Shown here one piece after another: positions 14,196-27,708 of a stretch of DNA of 64,000 bases (positions are counted from its first letter, which is position 1; each line of letters starts with the position of its first letter). The notes under the pieces are model-generated. The model was not told the DNA's origin. It did not search any database and saw nothing but the letters and a program-made list of their open reading frames with translations. This DNA is from Amoebophrya sp. A120 (taxonomy: Eukaryota > Protista > Dinoflagellata). The translations under genes were made by a program, and so were the position numbers. The stretch lies in the NCBI GenBank assembly GCA_905178155.1, contig CAJINV010000003.1, positions 8,848,179-8,912,178 of the forward strand. The letters are read 5' to 3'.

Positions 14196-15062
14196 TTAGA
14201 GCACCCTCTGCTTTGCATATGATCGTCCTGTATTGAAGAAGTCGTCTTGCTTTCCGCCTTTTGCGCTGGGCCCCGTCCCGCCTCCTCGTTTATCAAAGAA
14301 GTCCTTCCGTCCAGTGGCATTGTTTCCGCCAAAAGCGGAAAACTCGAAGTCGCCGCCCTTATTTGCTCCTGCTCCACGGTCCGGCTTGTTCTTACCCACG
14401 TGGAACACATCTCGGTCCGCTGGGTCCGGCTTGTTCTTACCCACGTGGAACACATCTCGGTCCGCTTTTCCGCCCCAACCACCGTCGTTGGACGAGCTGC
14501 TTGCGTAGCCTGTGTCCCAGTTGTCGTGATCGATGTTGCCTTTTCTCCGCCGGTGCTCTACTCCGGCGTTCGAAGGTCCGCCCCTGTTCCCATAGCCCCC
14601 CCGGGCGGTGGAGGACGAGGAACCACCACCGCGATGCGGCTCCCAATGGTCGTCCCACTGCGTTCCACCACCTCGCTGGCCGCCCCGAGGTCCGAACATT
14701 TTGTCGTTCACACTATATTTCACGTCCGGCGTCGCTCCCGCCTGTTTCATGTCGTCCCACGTGATCGCATTTGGACCAGCGGCGCCACGGCCCCCGGTCC
14801 CCCCGCTGTTCGTCGGCCCACTACCCCATTTTCCTCCTTCGTGCAACTCCCATCCTGCCTTCCCACTGCGCTTCCCGGCACCATACGAATTTGCTGCACT
14901 CCCCCAAGGGCCGCTCGCGAAATGGTCATCGCGCGCCTGCTGCCCGCGCCCACCTTTGCCACCCGCAATTCTCCCCACGCTGTTGACGCTACCTGTGAAA
15001 TACGGACGATGATCAGGATTCAGGAGCAGGTGAATCATTATTACGCACATAAGTGTCATCAA
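14196..15062 (-). CDS. Gly-rich (RGG/GW-like) low-complexity terminal exon of a hypothetical protein
   Basis: Open frame with biased G/W/D/R composition and a 45-nt coding duplication (ADRDVFHVGKNKPD x2). The 5' end is probably spliced. Confidence 0.6.
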   Translation of the reverse strand: MMTLMCVIMIHLLLNPDHRPYFTGSVNSVGRIAGGKGGRGQQARDDHFASGPWGSAANSYGAGKRSGKAGWELHEGGKWGSGPTNSGGTGGRGAAGPNAITWDDMKQAGATPDVKYSVNDKMFGPRGGQRGGGTQWDDHWEPHRGGGSSSSTARGGYGNRGGPSNAGVEHRRRKGNIDHDNWDTGYASSSSNDGGWGGKADRDVFHVGKNKPDPADRDVFHVGKNKPDRGAGANKGGDFEFSAFGGNNATGRKDFFDKRGGGTGPSAKGGKQDDFFNTGRSYAKQRVL

Positions 15063-15453
15063 TCGTGGGCGAGGGCGACCACCTCTGGTGTGTGATAGCC
15101 AGAGCAGGCAGCAGGAGACTACGTTCCAGTGCAGAAGTTAGAGATTGACACATGTGAAAAAATCCCTTATGAGCAGCATGACTATGAACGATCAGCGGGG
15201 ACCCAAATAAAGTTCGTCATAAACTAGACCAGATAGATGCAACATTCATATTTCAGTCCGAATTCTTTTTTTCGTCTTCCGTATGCATCTAATGTTGAAA
15301 GAGGAAATAAATCTGCTGCGTTTGTAATTCAGGTATCACTTACGGTGTGTTGTGGACGGGGACCTTTGGGCGATGACTAAACCAGCGGGAGTGTCAGTTC
15401 TGCGGCTCTGACTCTCGTCGCGCGCGGTCATTCGATGTGTCATTCCTCTCATG

Positions 15454-16728
15454 TATCATAAGAAAAAGTGTTGACGTTACGGCTTTCAGTTTTTTGGAAA
15501 AAATTTTTTTTGTGGGTACTGAGCACTATCATTTTAATTTTTTTTTTTCTCGCCGCTGCGCAGCCTCCCTCTTTGCCCCTGCGGGGCTCTAAAGTGGTAA
15601 AACTCTGGGAGAGGAAGCTAGTGCACAAGGTGCGAAAACTATGAGGCCCCGCCACAACATTGCGCCCCTTCAAGCCCTGAAATGGCTGCCCAATCCCTGT
15701 CCGGGCTCAAGAGCCATGATGGCTGTAAGCCGGTGGGCCAGGGCCCTGGCACTGCTGACAAGACCCGCCCACCAACGCGTCGCAACGATCGACACCGGAG
15801 ATGGGCCTGTTTTAGTGAGGGAAAATGGGCCATAGCATGCTGTCCAGATATGACGTTGACGGTTTTTTGGGGAATTGGAAAAATCCGAGGAAAAAATCAA
15901 TGATTTGACGCCATTTCGAGGCCAAAAAATGCAGATCCCACAAAAACCGTCAACGCCTCATCTAAACAGCACGCTATGGTCCATTTCCCTTCACTCAAAC
16001 CGGTGCGGGCACGGGAGCGCACCTTCTGAGCAGGCAAATCGAGCATAGCGTGCTGGCTAGATGAGGTGTTGACGGTTTTTTGGTCGATTTCATGCAAAAA
16101 AGCAGGCTTCTGGAAGACCCGATCGACCATACCGTCGTGTCTAGATGAGGTGTTGACGGTTTTTTGGTCGATTTCATGCAAAAAAGCAGGCTTCTGGAAG
16201 ACCCGATCGACCATACCGTCGTGTCTAGATGAGGTGTTGACGGTTTTTGGGGTGCCGGCAAATTTTGGGCATTTTGGTACCCAAAATTTGCCCATTTCCC
16301 TCATCCTCGAAAGTGCCACCTTTTCTTCAGTCATGGAGAAAATTTCACAAAAGGCGCCAACGAATCCGAGATGGAAACTTGCAAAGCCGCACAGAGCTGA
16401 ACTGGCGGAAACGCCATCTAGATGCCAGCTCATAGGCCCCCATGTCCGAGGTTTAGCCACGGTTCGAGGTTTGAGCGTTCTGGCCCGGATCTAAGAGCCG
16501 GCGGCGAGGAGAAGGCACGGCAGGGGGCGGCCCCGGTAGCCGAAGTCCTACGCCGTCATATTTTGTGCACTAGCTAGGTTAAACCAAGCGAGCTTCGTCG
16601 CAGTCCCGCGAGAACTAATAGCGGGAATGGGTCGACTTACAAACCAAAAACATACCTCCAGCATACACCCAAAATTTTTTTTTTCGAAAAAACTTAAAAC
16701 CGTAACGTCAACACTTTTTCTTTCGATA
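15454..16728. mobile_element. Non-autonomous TIR DNA transposon (large MITE), 5-bp TSD TCATG
   Basis: Imperfect TIR of about 65 bp (AAGAAAAAGTGTTGACGTTACGG... / ...CCGTAACGTCAACACTTTTTCTT). TCATG occurs at 15449-15453 and 16729-16733. There is an internal IR (~15809-15870 vs ~15937-16000) and an 84-bp tandem repeat at 16057-16249. No transposase ORF is present. Confidence 0.85.
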
Positions 16729-17707
16729 TCATGTTCGAAGGTGGTCGTATTGGCGGGTTTATATTTATCATGCAGCTCCGAGAGCGCTCTCTGGCGTTGA
16801 GCAGAAAGCTGCTCGCACTCGCTCCTCTTTCTCTAGTGGTAGCCCCTCCGTGATGTAGATTGTCGTGGACTAAAGCAGCGTGCGGGGGTATTCTTATTGT
16901 TTTTCCTTTTTGGACTGCAGTACCGCTCGGTGAAGATGAATGAGGCTCGGGTAAGACGATTGGGGGCATTCTGGGGATAGGCATTTTTAGGGTAGGCGTA
17001 GGCAGCGGCGGGGTTTGTTGAATACTAGGTAAAACTACTTTATCGGTTGTAAAATAGGTTGTCCGCAGAACGCGTAGGGTCGTTCCGGTGCCCGACGCAT
17101 CAGTGCAACAACTTGACGGATCTTTTATCTCGGTGGTAGATTTTTTTTTACTGCTGCCCCCACTGTCGTTACTAAGAAAAGTCGTCCGCAACACGCGGAC
17201 ACGGTCACAGTCCACTGGCACTGACGCTGCCGAAAAATTTTTAGCGTTAGAAGTCGATGTCGGAGCTGTTCTTGTTGAATCTGTATTTGTATTACTTTTA
17301 CCTCCGTCGTGGTCCCTTCCGTAGCCGAGACCCCGCCCACCCAGGGGGTTGCCTTTCTTCCCGATGGCAGGTGGAAGTGGGAGCGTCTTAGCCGCACTGG
17401 CGCCAGACTTGCCGCCGTGATGTCCGCCGGCGTTCTTTGCGGCTCGCTGGTCATGGTCGTCCTTCGAGTTCCATGCTAGCCGCGAGTACAGGATACGAAG
17501 TTGCTGCTCCGTAAGATCCTGTATGAGATAGGTTTTGCCTTTATTATACTTACTTTCCTCGTTGGCCAGTGGTCTAGCAACATGCCTACGATGTCACAAC
17601 TCGTGCCTGCGTCTCATACACCACACACCGAACGACCAGAGACAGAGTTCTTGTTGTAAAAAAGCATAATCATAAAACTTTCATTCCAATGATCCTGCGA
17701 GACTGCA

Positions 17708-20700
17708 CTAAGTGTGCGTACAGCGAAAACAACAAGACACCAACCCTTGTACGCTATCGCTACGTACCTTCGAAAATGTCAGGCCCACGTCTTTTGCTTC
17801 CTGTGAACCGGGCTGGAGTCCTCTGTCGCTGCAGAGTGCGTTTGCCTTTTCGTCAAGCATCTTCTTAAACTCCTCGAAGGAGAGCAGGTTCCACTCCTTC
17901 TTGCTCAGAGTAAATTCGCGGTGCACGTTGGGGAGTGCCGGCTTTGGAAACGTGAGCGGTGGTTCTACACTCCCCGTGCGGGGTAGCTGCTTCGAGCCTT
18001 CCACCGGGGCAACGCCGGAGGTGGTCCCGACGCCCGACACAGCACTAGAGGAGGATGGTTCCTGCTTATTATTTGGCATCATGCCTGAGCTCAGGGCCGG
18101 CATGCGCATTGGGCTCGGGGGCTGCGGCATGCGTGTCAGGTCTATCACTTGTTTTTGTTTGTTTGTACTACTGCTGCTACTGTCGGTGCGTTTCATCGGC
18201 GCAACTTGTTCGTGCCCAGGCGCGGTGGTGAAGTGCCCGTCTTCTCTTTGCAAGGGAAAAATGCTACAGTGGAGTTAAGTACACTCTACGTTGCAGGAGC
18301 CGGGAGACAATGACAGACAGCGTGGTTTCCGTTTTATTCCCTTTTAAGTAATTATCTGCAGCTCCACATTGCAGCAGGTAGTGAATTTCATGCAGACCCA
18401 TCTTGTCGCTGTGTTGTGGTCTGCAAGAGTGTGTACTAACTCACTGTAGCACTTAATTTTCTTGGATACTCTCCAATGCGTAGAACTTGTGTGGTGTGCC
18501 TTTGCACGGTGTTCCCATGCGCATCCTTCACGAGGTCGAGCTTTACCTGGGGCTGGGGGGGAACCATCATGGGAAGGGGAAGGTTAGGCTTTGGCATTTT
18601 CAGGCCGCTGCCACCTTGTTGCAGGTCTGCGAATGTGATGGCGTTCTTGTCGCCCAGGTCTGCGAATGTGATGGCGTTGTCGCCTGGGGCGGCGCGTTTG
18701 TTGCCGCCACCGCGGATGCCGCTGGGTTTGGTCCCAGATGATGTTGCTCCATGGATAATTGGCATATGGGGGGGCATTCCGGGCGGCGTGCCTGTTTAAT
18801 AACATGGTCGGGCTCCGAATTTTTATACTTGATGCGCATTTGAGAAGCAACAGAAATACTGTTTTTCAATCGCAATGAGAATGATTTCTACATTTTGATT
18901 TTCTTTGATAACCGATAAATCTAAATAGCCGGAGGAGGAAGGGGATATAGTGAGGCCATGGCCGCTTTTTTGCCGGGGCGTCCAAGTTCGTGTCGCGGCT
19001 GCTGCGATCAGGAAGCCCTTTTTTTGTAACTGCTCCGTCCTTGATGTGCCTACTGTTATTCATGATCTTTCCGCTATCATTCATGATCTTTCTGATATGC
19101 TGCTATTTCTGCTTTGACCCATCTGATGGGTCAAAGTAAGTGGTACATCTACAGGCAACTATACCTGGCGTAAGCGGGGCCACTGCATTTCGGGCCGCTG
19201 CTGCTGGAGATTTTGAACCGCTTTGCGCGAGCGAATTCTGCAAGATCATCATGAGGCTTTCGCGGGCGGCATCATCAGTTTCGGCGCTAGGATCCAGCAA
19301 GTTCATGCTGTTCAGAACTGCAGCACCGCTTCCGTCCACATCCCGAGCCCCGGTTTCGGCAAGCAGCTCCTCATCCCTATTGTCGTCATTGATAGAGACC
19401 AAGTCGTCCTCGTCCTCTTCTTCCTCGTCCAACGCGTGTGAAAGCAAAAAACTATCGCCAGTGTGTGTATTCATTCAATCCTGTGCCCATGACTTGCAAG
19501 GACGAGAGATGTTGCTTGCTCTAGAAATATGGCCCCATACCGACCCATAGCAAGCAAAAGTGAAAGCATCAGCATGCAAGGAAAATTCATGCCAACTAAA
19601 TAGTCAAGTACTTACAGGGAAGTACTGGTGCGTTTCTGAGAAGCGCTTTTTCATGTTTGTTGACTGTCATATGAATATTATCTACTCGACGAATATAGTA
19701 GCGATGACATTTTTTGCGTTCGATACCGGTCGCTGCGGAAGGACGTGCGCCAGAAGCGAAGGATCCTCGAGCAACACACCTTTGTTTCTGCTCCCGTTCG
19801 ACGCGGAAGCCAAAGGAAGATCCAGGTTAGAGGAATTCGAACTCCCGATGCCTTGTTCCAGCTCGTCTCTGGCTCGGGCTTCTGCATCGTCCGCGCCCTC
19901 CTGCGCCTGGTCCTCTCCCATGTGGTCCACCATATCTATGATCGGAGGTGCAGTTGGATCAAATTCATCGTTCATCATCATCTGCAAGGACAAATAAGTT
20001 TCAAGGCCCGGAGCAGAGGGAGACGCTGTTCTTTGTTCCCTTTCCTCTTCATTTTCGCATTTATTTTCATGATCAGGGTTATTTAGGTTTGGCTTCATTA
20101 GAAGAGCATCCAGAAAATTCGAGTCCGCGGGGGCGACTTCGTTACGGTAGTCGCAGCTGGGGGGCCCGCCTTGATCTGGGCTGTAGCTGTACTGCTGCTG
20201 CTTAATGCAACTAGAATTACTGTAGTCCTCCTTGTTACTCCCGGTCGTGTCCCCTGCAGCTACTAGTCCTAATTGTTCGAAAAAAGCTGTTGTAGTAAGG
20301 TTCTCTTCATCTACTTCTACCACTTCCTTAGAACTAGAAGAGTTGTCATCCGCTATAACAACTACATCAGAGGCCCCATCAGACTTTTTTTCATCGCGAG
20401 ATGTTGTACGACTAGCAGCGCTCATCATATCCACATTGTCTTTGTCGTTGTTCGCTTTGTCGTTCTTCGTAATGCCTCCGATCGCAGGAGGGAGGCCCAA
20501 TGAGTCTCTCGGGTGACAAGGGGCGTCCTTTTCTTCATCTGGATCTGCGCCTCGCAATTGCGCCTGTGTCGGGGTGGTCCTCGTTTCCGGAGAGCATTGC
20601 AACTTGCAGACAGGTTCTTGCTCTGGGTGCAGCCTAGTGCCCGCAATCTGCGACTGCGGCTTCTGTTGCTCTGGCTGATGGTAGTCCTCCTGATCCTTGT

Positions 20701-23700
20701 GGTGTTTTGCGTAATATTCGAAGATGGTGCTCGTGATGCTCGTAGCTACCTTGTTGCGCGCTTGCCCTTTTTGCCCCCGTTCGTCATCTACAGCTTTTGC
20801 ACGAGAGTCGTGCTTGATAGAACAACTACCGAACAGCTCCGTCTCGTTTGCAGAACGTTTTTTCCAAAAATTCAACGCCGAAGCAAACGAAGCACTTCCG
20901 GCGTTTATTTCACCAGGTGTACTACTAGAGGAGGGCGCACCACTAGCTTCTACGCTACTAGGCCCTGGGCAGTTCATCTGCCGCGAGATGTACTGCTCAC
21001 CACTCGACGTCGCGCACGCAGATCTTATTTCCTGCGTGGTTCTTTCACCTCCTGTTTTCTGTGCTTCGCTTTCGAGCCACGACTGCGACGCGGCGTTGGA
21101 GGAAGTTCTTGTAGAGGCCGCGCACATCGGTTGCTGCTCGAGGACGGCCTTATCGTCAGCCGTGGCAGTTGTTGTAGACCCCAAAACGCCAGTACTTGCC
21201 GGAGGAGCTGCAGCACCAGTATGAACTCCTGCGGGTGTGGTCGTGGAGTATGCGTTCGCTTCTTCCTTGTTGTTTTCTGCTGCTTTAACTAGGTCCAGCG
21301 TCGACACCACCTCTTTGCCGCGTGTGGAGGATGTATCGTGCTGCCCGTTGATATCCTCCTCGACAACTTGCAGCTGGCGCAAATTGGACGTCGCAAGAAT
21401 GGCTGGACTCTCGTCCATTCCTTGTTCGTGTACTTCTGTATTATCTGATTCGCGGCCAACAATAACCTCATTGGACGCAGTAGGGGACACAGCTTGTTCA
21501 GGAAGAGTAACTACCTCGGTCCTTTGAGGCGACTGCGATTCGAGAGAAGAACACGGCGAAAATGCGACCGAAGGGGTCTCCTCGACCGCATCGTCAGCAT
21601 CTTCAAGAAAAGTAACTTCTTCCGGTGGTCTAACGCCGTTGGCGAGGCCAGAGCAGTGCTGATCGTCACCCAAAACAAGTTCGTCGTCTTGGTCTTGGTT
21701 TCCCCCGTGCCGCGCCAACGCGTCGTCGGCTTCATCCGGGGGTAGAGCAGCGGCGCAGATTTCGTGGCTTGTTTGAGAAGAAATCGATTCCTCCATATTC
21801 TTCGTCTCGTGGCATGCGACTGCGGCTTGTGCTTGCTCTGCAGTTGTACCAGTAAAGGAGAGGGCGTCGTGGTTAACCTCGTGTTGGTTTTTCAGTTCAT
21901 CCTCCATGTTGTCAACTTGTTCCGCCGTCTGCTGCTCTAGCTCTACGGGTGGGCTCGGGCTCCCGAGAGCAGTGGATCCAGGTATAATTTGTCCTGGATC
22001 GCGATCGGAGCCAGAGGCCAAAATAAATGAGTTCTGTTTCATCCCCGCAGAAGTCCCTTCCGCAGTATCATCTCCCGACGACTTGCTTGCACAGGTTGTA
22101 ACCAATGATGTTGATGTGGCCACAGCGGAAGTAGAAGTAGAACTCGACGGTACTACAGGCACCGAGACTTGCTTTTCCTCCAATACCTCTTGTTCCATCT
22201 TGATCTCTTCTGGAAGTTCAGCATTCGAAGTGACGCCCTTTTGTGCAGCGGGTTCTTGGTCTTCTTGCGGCGCTTTGTTCGCACAGTCCGCAGCGGCCGC
22301 GAAGACGTCCGGCTCACTGCAATGCTGTTCCGACTGCTGGCGCTGAATGTTCGCGGGTTCATCCTGCGGTGAGGACGTTTTGCTGGCAGTGGCAATGTCG
22401 TCGGCGTCAAGATCATTCGCATCAACTGCGCCGGCATTCGCCTCCTCCTCCTCGTCTGCTTTCTCGGCAGTTTTTGATATCGCTCGGACTGCAAGCGGAC
22501 CTTCGATTTCTTCCTCCGCCGGGGATGGAGGCTTACATTGGAAATAATCGCGGGTAAGGGGAATCAAAGGCGCAACACGACCCGCACGCCGAACTGTGCT
22601 CGCGGTTGATTTTGTCTTCGTCGGCGCAGGCGCTTCCGCTTCAGAGACTCCGTCGTGGTACTCATTATGCGTAGTTGTTTTCAACGACTTGGGTTCCTGG
22701 TGGTCAGCCTCTTCTTCAGATGCTTGCAGCTGCCCACTTGCCTCCATTGGTGAACACGCCTGCTGCTCGACTATCAAATAAAAACATGACTGGGCATGGA
22801 CGAATGCAGATGTTATTTGTGAAAACACGGTAATTTAAATTTTAATTCTTGGATATCTATAGAGCGACGCATCCATGAAAAAAACTGCCCTTTGTCCCGT
22901 CTCTCCGTCTCTTGTAGCCAAAAATCGCACATCTTGCGCTGACCATCATCATCATCGCGTAAAGATAATTCTATATACCATTTTGATTTTCGTTTCTGCC
23001 CAGTACTTTTTATTTTAGAATCAGCATCAGAATTGTGCATCCTTCCAGATCCAGTCTAAGACAAGATATTCACAATGCATATTCTTGCCGTCATGTAGTT
23101 GCGGTGCGGCAGGCTCGTGCGTAGGACTTTCCCGAGCGCTACTGAGAACGAGCGGAATGAGACGCCGCTTGCTGTATAGGCGCCCCCGGCTTCTATGAGA
23201 CCTCACGGGTCCTCTCCCTCCTGACACTAGCGCCTTCTCGTCCACGTTGCCGCCTCCCACTTTGTCCTCCCCTGCCCCCGTAGCGTGATTCGTGGTATGA
23301 TCTTCAGCTGCTTCTCCCGACGGGGACGTGTTCAACTCCGCACATTTTTCAACATGATTACTGGCTTGTTTTTCTTCGTTTGCGGAAGCTCGCTCCAAGC
23401 GCCGCGTGTTCTCTTTCACCTTGCCGGCCTCGATCTCCTCGGCTCTTTTGTGGAAGTAATATAGCGCTGCTCTCTTTTTCAGTTCGTCGCGGCTGCTGGA
23501 AACCACACCAGCGGTCTCTGCTTGTTTTGGGAGTGAGGACGTCGCAGCGGCGGCTGTAGTTTGTCCCGCAGCAACTACAGGACGGGAGGTAGAAGTGGCA
23601 TTTTTTTCATCCTCCACAAGATGCGACTTTTTCGACAATAGTACGGGGACAACGCGGCGCTTGCTGGGAGACCTCCTGGTGATCCTGTGTAGTAGAGCAG

Positions 23701-26700
23701 GCGGATCATCTCGCTCATTCCTTCGGCGATCATGTTGGGAGGAGGCCAAGCCCAGAGCCAGCTCGCCGCGCTGAAGCTGATTACGTTTACTCCTACTGCG
23801 GCTCCGGCGGTCTGCTCGTTCGCCACGCAATGGCGACGCGGACGCACCAGCAGCGCTCACCGCACGATCCCTCATCAGCTGATTGGGGAACTGCAGCCTG
23901 TCGCGGCACGACACTGAATCTGCAGAGCGAAGCAGAGGCGGATGGTCTTGCGGTACTCGACGCTGCTCTGGTTGCTCATCTCGTCTTCTACTAGGAGCAA
24001 ACGCGCGAACTCGAGGCCGAGGAGGCGAAGCGGCGACTACATTCGTCCTCCGCAATGTGCTTCTTTTCCTGCTAGTCCGTGTGCGGCTCCTACTCCTTCG
24101 ACCTTTCTGCTGGTTCAACGTGACGAAATTATTACGAGGACCTCTCAGCACTGAACTCGAAGCATGCCTTTTCGCACGAGCACTGTCCCTATGGCTACTT
24201 CGCTTCCGCGTTGAGCTCCTTTCGATACGACTCTGAGTTCGCCGTGGTGGATTTTTTGCTGATCCGCTATCTTGGTGTGCTTGCTCGGTGACGCCACGGC
24301 ATCGGTCAACATGTTGAGGCCTGCTTATTATGCGCTGTGAACTTGATCCACGGGAAGGAGGCAACGCGTCCCGGTCACGATCCCGCGCAAGTCGTCGCAG
24401 GTCCGAAAACAACGCGCCAGCCAAGGAAGTGGGTGGAGGTGCGGAGGGTTCCTTGCGGCGAGACAAAGCAGGTTTTTCGTTTTTCGTGGGAGACGATCTT
24501 CCTGGATGGCCGATGTTTACATCCTGTGCCTGTCGTGGTTTCCGCCTGTCATGATCTTCATCTTCGGGCTTGCTTACAACGAACTTGAGGCTTGCTGATG
24601 AACTACTTGATACGCTTTCGCTTTCACTTTCATCTTCGACCGCCGAGCATGCTCCTAGCCACTCGGTCGGAGCTGGGCCGACACGGATTTTGCTAGGGGC
24701 TCTGGGTCTTGTTGTCGCCATCAATTTTACGGAACCAGATGCAGAGCTAGCAGCTCGCTGCTCTTGGTCGCATGTACTGTCCTTGGCCGCAGTACTTGCT
24801 GATCTTTCTGGCGCTGCGTGCTGCTGGTGCAGCCCTCGATCTGTAGTACCTCCCGGCATGGCAACGTGCAGGGGGTCATTTGCGTTGCCTGCAAATCTAC
24901 TTTTCGGTCGTGGCTCAGTTGTCGAGTGAAATTCGAATCGGGCCGTGCTCTCGCCGGGACAACGTTGCACCAGTCGCACTTTGCTGGGTTCTCGTAATGT
25001 TCTTGTCACTCCTGTCGTCGTACTTTCAGAAGTATATCGTGTCGTCATAGCTTTTGTCTTCTTGCCTACTTCATCATCTAGCGCTTTTTCCTGAACTGCG
25101 CTCGGACCACGCCAGTCGCTCGGTGCCGGACCGGTGTTGCGAGCGGAACAAGGGTGCAAGCTGCTCGCCGCCTTCGTTTGCTCCCTCTGACAAGTGGATG
25201 GCGATGGACATGGACGAGTTGCGCCACTATAATGCGCTGCAAGTACTTCCTGTTGCGAAAGCGGTTTTGGACACAACTGCCGGCCTGAAGGTGGACAAGA
25301 AACCACGGCGGAAGAAGGGCGGACAGTGCCGGTAGTTGTTGTTCTGGCACGTTCGCCTTCGGCCCTGCTGCTTTTGTTCGTTGTGTCATTTACAGAGACT
25401 TGCGCTCTGCTTTCCCGCACTGCTGCGGCTTTTGAGAAAGCGCCATCTTTAAGAGGAGTAGGAGCTTTCGAGACGCTGCCAGATGAAGCTTTCGAAAAAC
25501 ATGTCGGTTCGGTCACAGAAATCGCTTTTGGAGCCGCGGGCACAGCCCCAACACGAACAGCCACGGGCACGAGGTGGACGTTACTCGAATTATTAAACGT
25601 CGGCGCAGGCCCTACCGCACCACCTGCACTCGCACTGGTCGTAAACGACGGGGCTTGAAGATGTGCTACGGTCGTCTCCTCTGTTTCTTGGCCAGCCGAT
25701 GCAGTCGCAGTGAAACGGCCTCGGCCTTCCTCTTTGTGCGATGTGCATTCGTCCGGAACCCCCCGTTTCGGCGAAGTGGCTGCGCCCATCGACTTGGATT
25801 CGCCGGAAGTGGCTGCGCCCATCGACTTGGATTCGCCCTTGGGCGAAGGTGAAGATTCTGTGGCAGCCACGGGCTTACGTTCAGCCAGAACATCATGCAG
25901 TACCGGTTGTCGTGGTCTATCTACACCTGCTCCGCACGGCTCGTGCTCGTCCACCACGTCCTCCGACACCCTGCTAGTATATGTATCTGCGCTGCTGTAG
26001 GTCTTCACCCGCCCCGTTCCTCCGATTCCGAATTTGAGAGCGCGGAGATGAGTCTTCGAGGCCTGGGATGAAGATACGTTCTTGCATGATACGAGCTTAA
26101 GGACCTCTTCTGCTCCTGTACTATGGCTCCTCGTCACTTCATCTGTGCTGGGCGGTGCCTCTGCGCCCGAAAACAACGTAGTTGTCTGATTGTTCAGGCG
26201 ATTGGTTTTGGTCTTCTCGTCGAGTAAAGTGGTAGGCGCCGCCCCGTTGCTACCTGTGCTAACAGGCGTACTCAGGGGCAGGGGAAGTAGAAAGGGACGA
26301 CTGGTGTCCTCGTCCTCGTCGTTGTTCTGCTGCAATTTTTCGAGCGCCAGCTCATCCATCGCCTGCAGATTTAGAAGCTCGACTTTTTCGTCTTGGTCTT
26401 GTTTCTTAAGCGCCGAAGCCGATGTTGATGTAGGTGTTATATTATCCACTGCCTGTTCATGATCTTCATCGTCTTTTTTATCCTTAATATCCTTCGGCTT
26501 TGCTTGTTCTCTTCTTGCAGGAGCTGCAACAGATTTATTTTCGTGACAGCACTCACCTTCTTCTTCATTTTCGTGCGGCTTCAGCGAAGCCTCACACTGT
26601 TCGTGTTCCCGTTTTTCAGACGCATTCTGCTGCTCGTGCTGGGACTCTTTCTCTTTCCGCACATCAACATCGAGCTGGTCGTCACCAGCATAGGTCCGCA

Positions 26701-27708
26701 GCTGCTTCATATCTGGCTGCGCTCCTAGTCCCACACCAACAGCAAGCGGCTCCGCCTTCCGCGTCGTATTCAACCCGACCTCCGATGTGGGCTTTTTTTC
26801 ACCTACAACTGAAGGCTGCGACGTAGGCTTTTGCCCTTCTGGCACATGATTGTTCGGAAGAAGAACTACGCTCGTGGTCGTGGCATCGAAGGCAAATATG
26901 TTTTGGCCTGTAAACTTGTGACACAAGTGTGTGAGTAATAAGCATCTCCCTGCAATAGGTGGCCAAGCATGACAAGTTTTTGAGCTTCTGCGTGTTGCGT
27001 ATTCCGCATGGCGGGCTTCATTTTTGCATCATGACAGGCAAGGAGATTATTTCGTGCCTACGCATCACACAGGTAAAAAAAAAATCATGCCAGACAAGCA
27101 TGAGAAATCATGCTCTCTACTTCCAGACCCAAATATATTTGCACTGCATAAGCACCGGTGGAAGACGATGACGTCGAGAAGCGACTGACGTCGACGTACA
27201 TAGATTTCTGCCTGTTCCCCTTTTTCCCAGTTGATCCGCACGACGAGCTTGACGAAGTACTTCTTTTCAAGTGTGGTTTTCCTTTCATGTTGTAGCTGTC
27301 GTTGCTCTTGCTGTTGCCCTCGCCCTTGGACCAGCAGGATTTTTTTTGGATTCTTCCGTGCTGGTGTCCGTCGTCGTACCACATGAAATTCTTTCCAGCA
27401 ACGACACCGAATGCCGAATGTGCCAAATTGCTGCTGCTTTTGCCTGCTGGAAGGTAACTATTTTGTAGCTCTTGCTGAGCGCGCTGATATTGATCGTACC
27501 CTGTTTCGCGATCCCATTCGGACATAAAAGTAGCGTCATCAATCTGAACATCTGGCCCGGTCATAACTTCTTGGTTAGATCCTGTATGTCGGTTCCAGGG
27601 CGCAGGATCATTTCCGGTGACGGGACCACAAGTGCGAGCGGGAACGCCTGCCGACTTCCCTTTCTCATTCTGGGTGGAGGTCGCCGACATGTTTATTGAA
27701 GAGCTCAA
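17708..27708 (-). CDS. Very large low-complexity (Ser/Ala/Glu/Arg-rich) hypothetical protein, multi-exon
   Basis: Stop-free ORFs of 1299 aa and 1048 aa, plus 27085-27708, 19103-19474, 18436-18777 and 17708-18253. The joins at ~27143/26889, ~23074/22777 and ~19684/19451 are in frame. No domain recognised. It may extend upstream to the micro-exons at 28.8-32.3 kb. Confidence 0.7.
22778..23074. mobile_element. Degenerate family-B introner
   Basis: AAAACATGACTGGGCATGGACGAATGCA / TGCATCCTTCCAGATCCAGTC resemble the TIR of the 37219 element. It separates two in-frame giant exons. Confidence 0.55.
26892..27142. mobile_element. Family-B introner
   Basis: GCAAATATGTTTTGGCCTG / CTTCCAGACCCAAATATATTTGC. 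It contains GCATGACAA. Removing 26890-27143 gives in-frame AYA-V-DATT. Confidence 0.7.
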
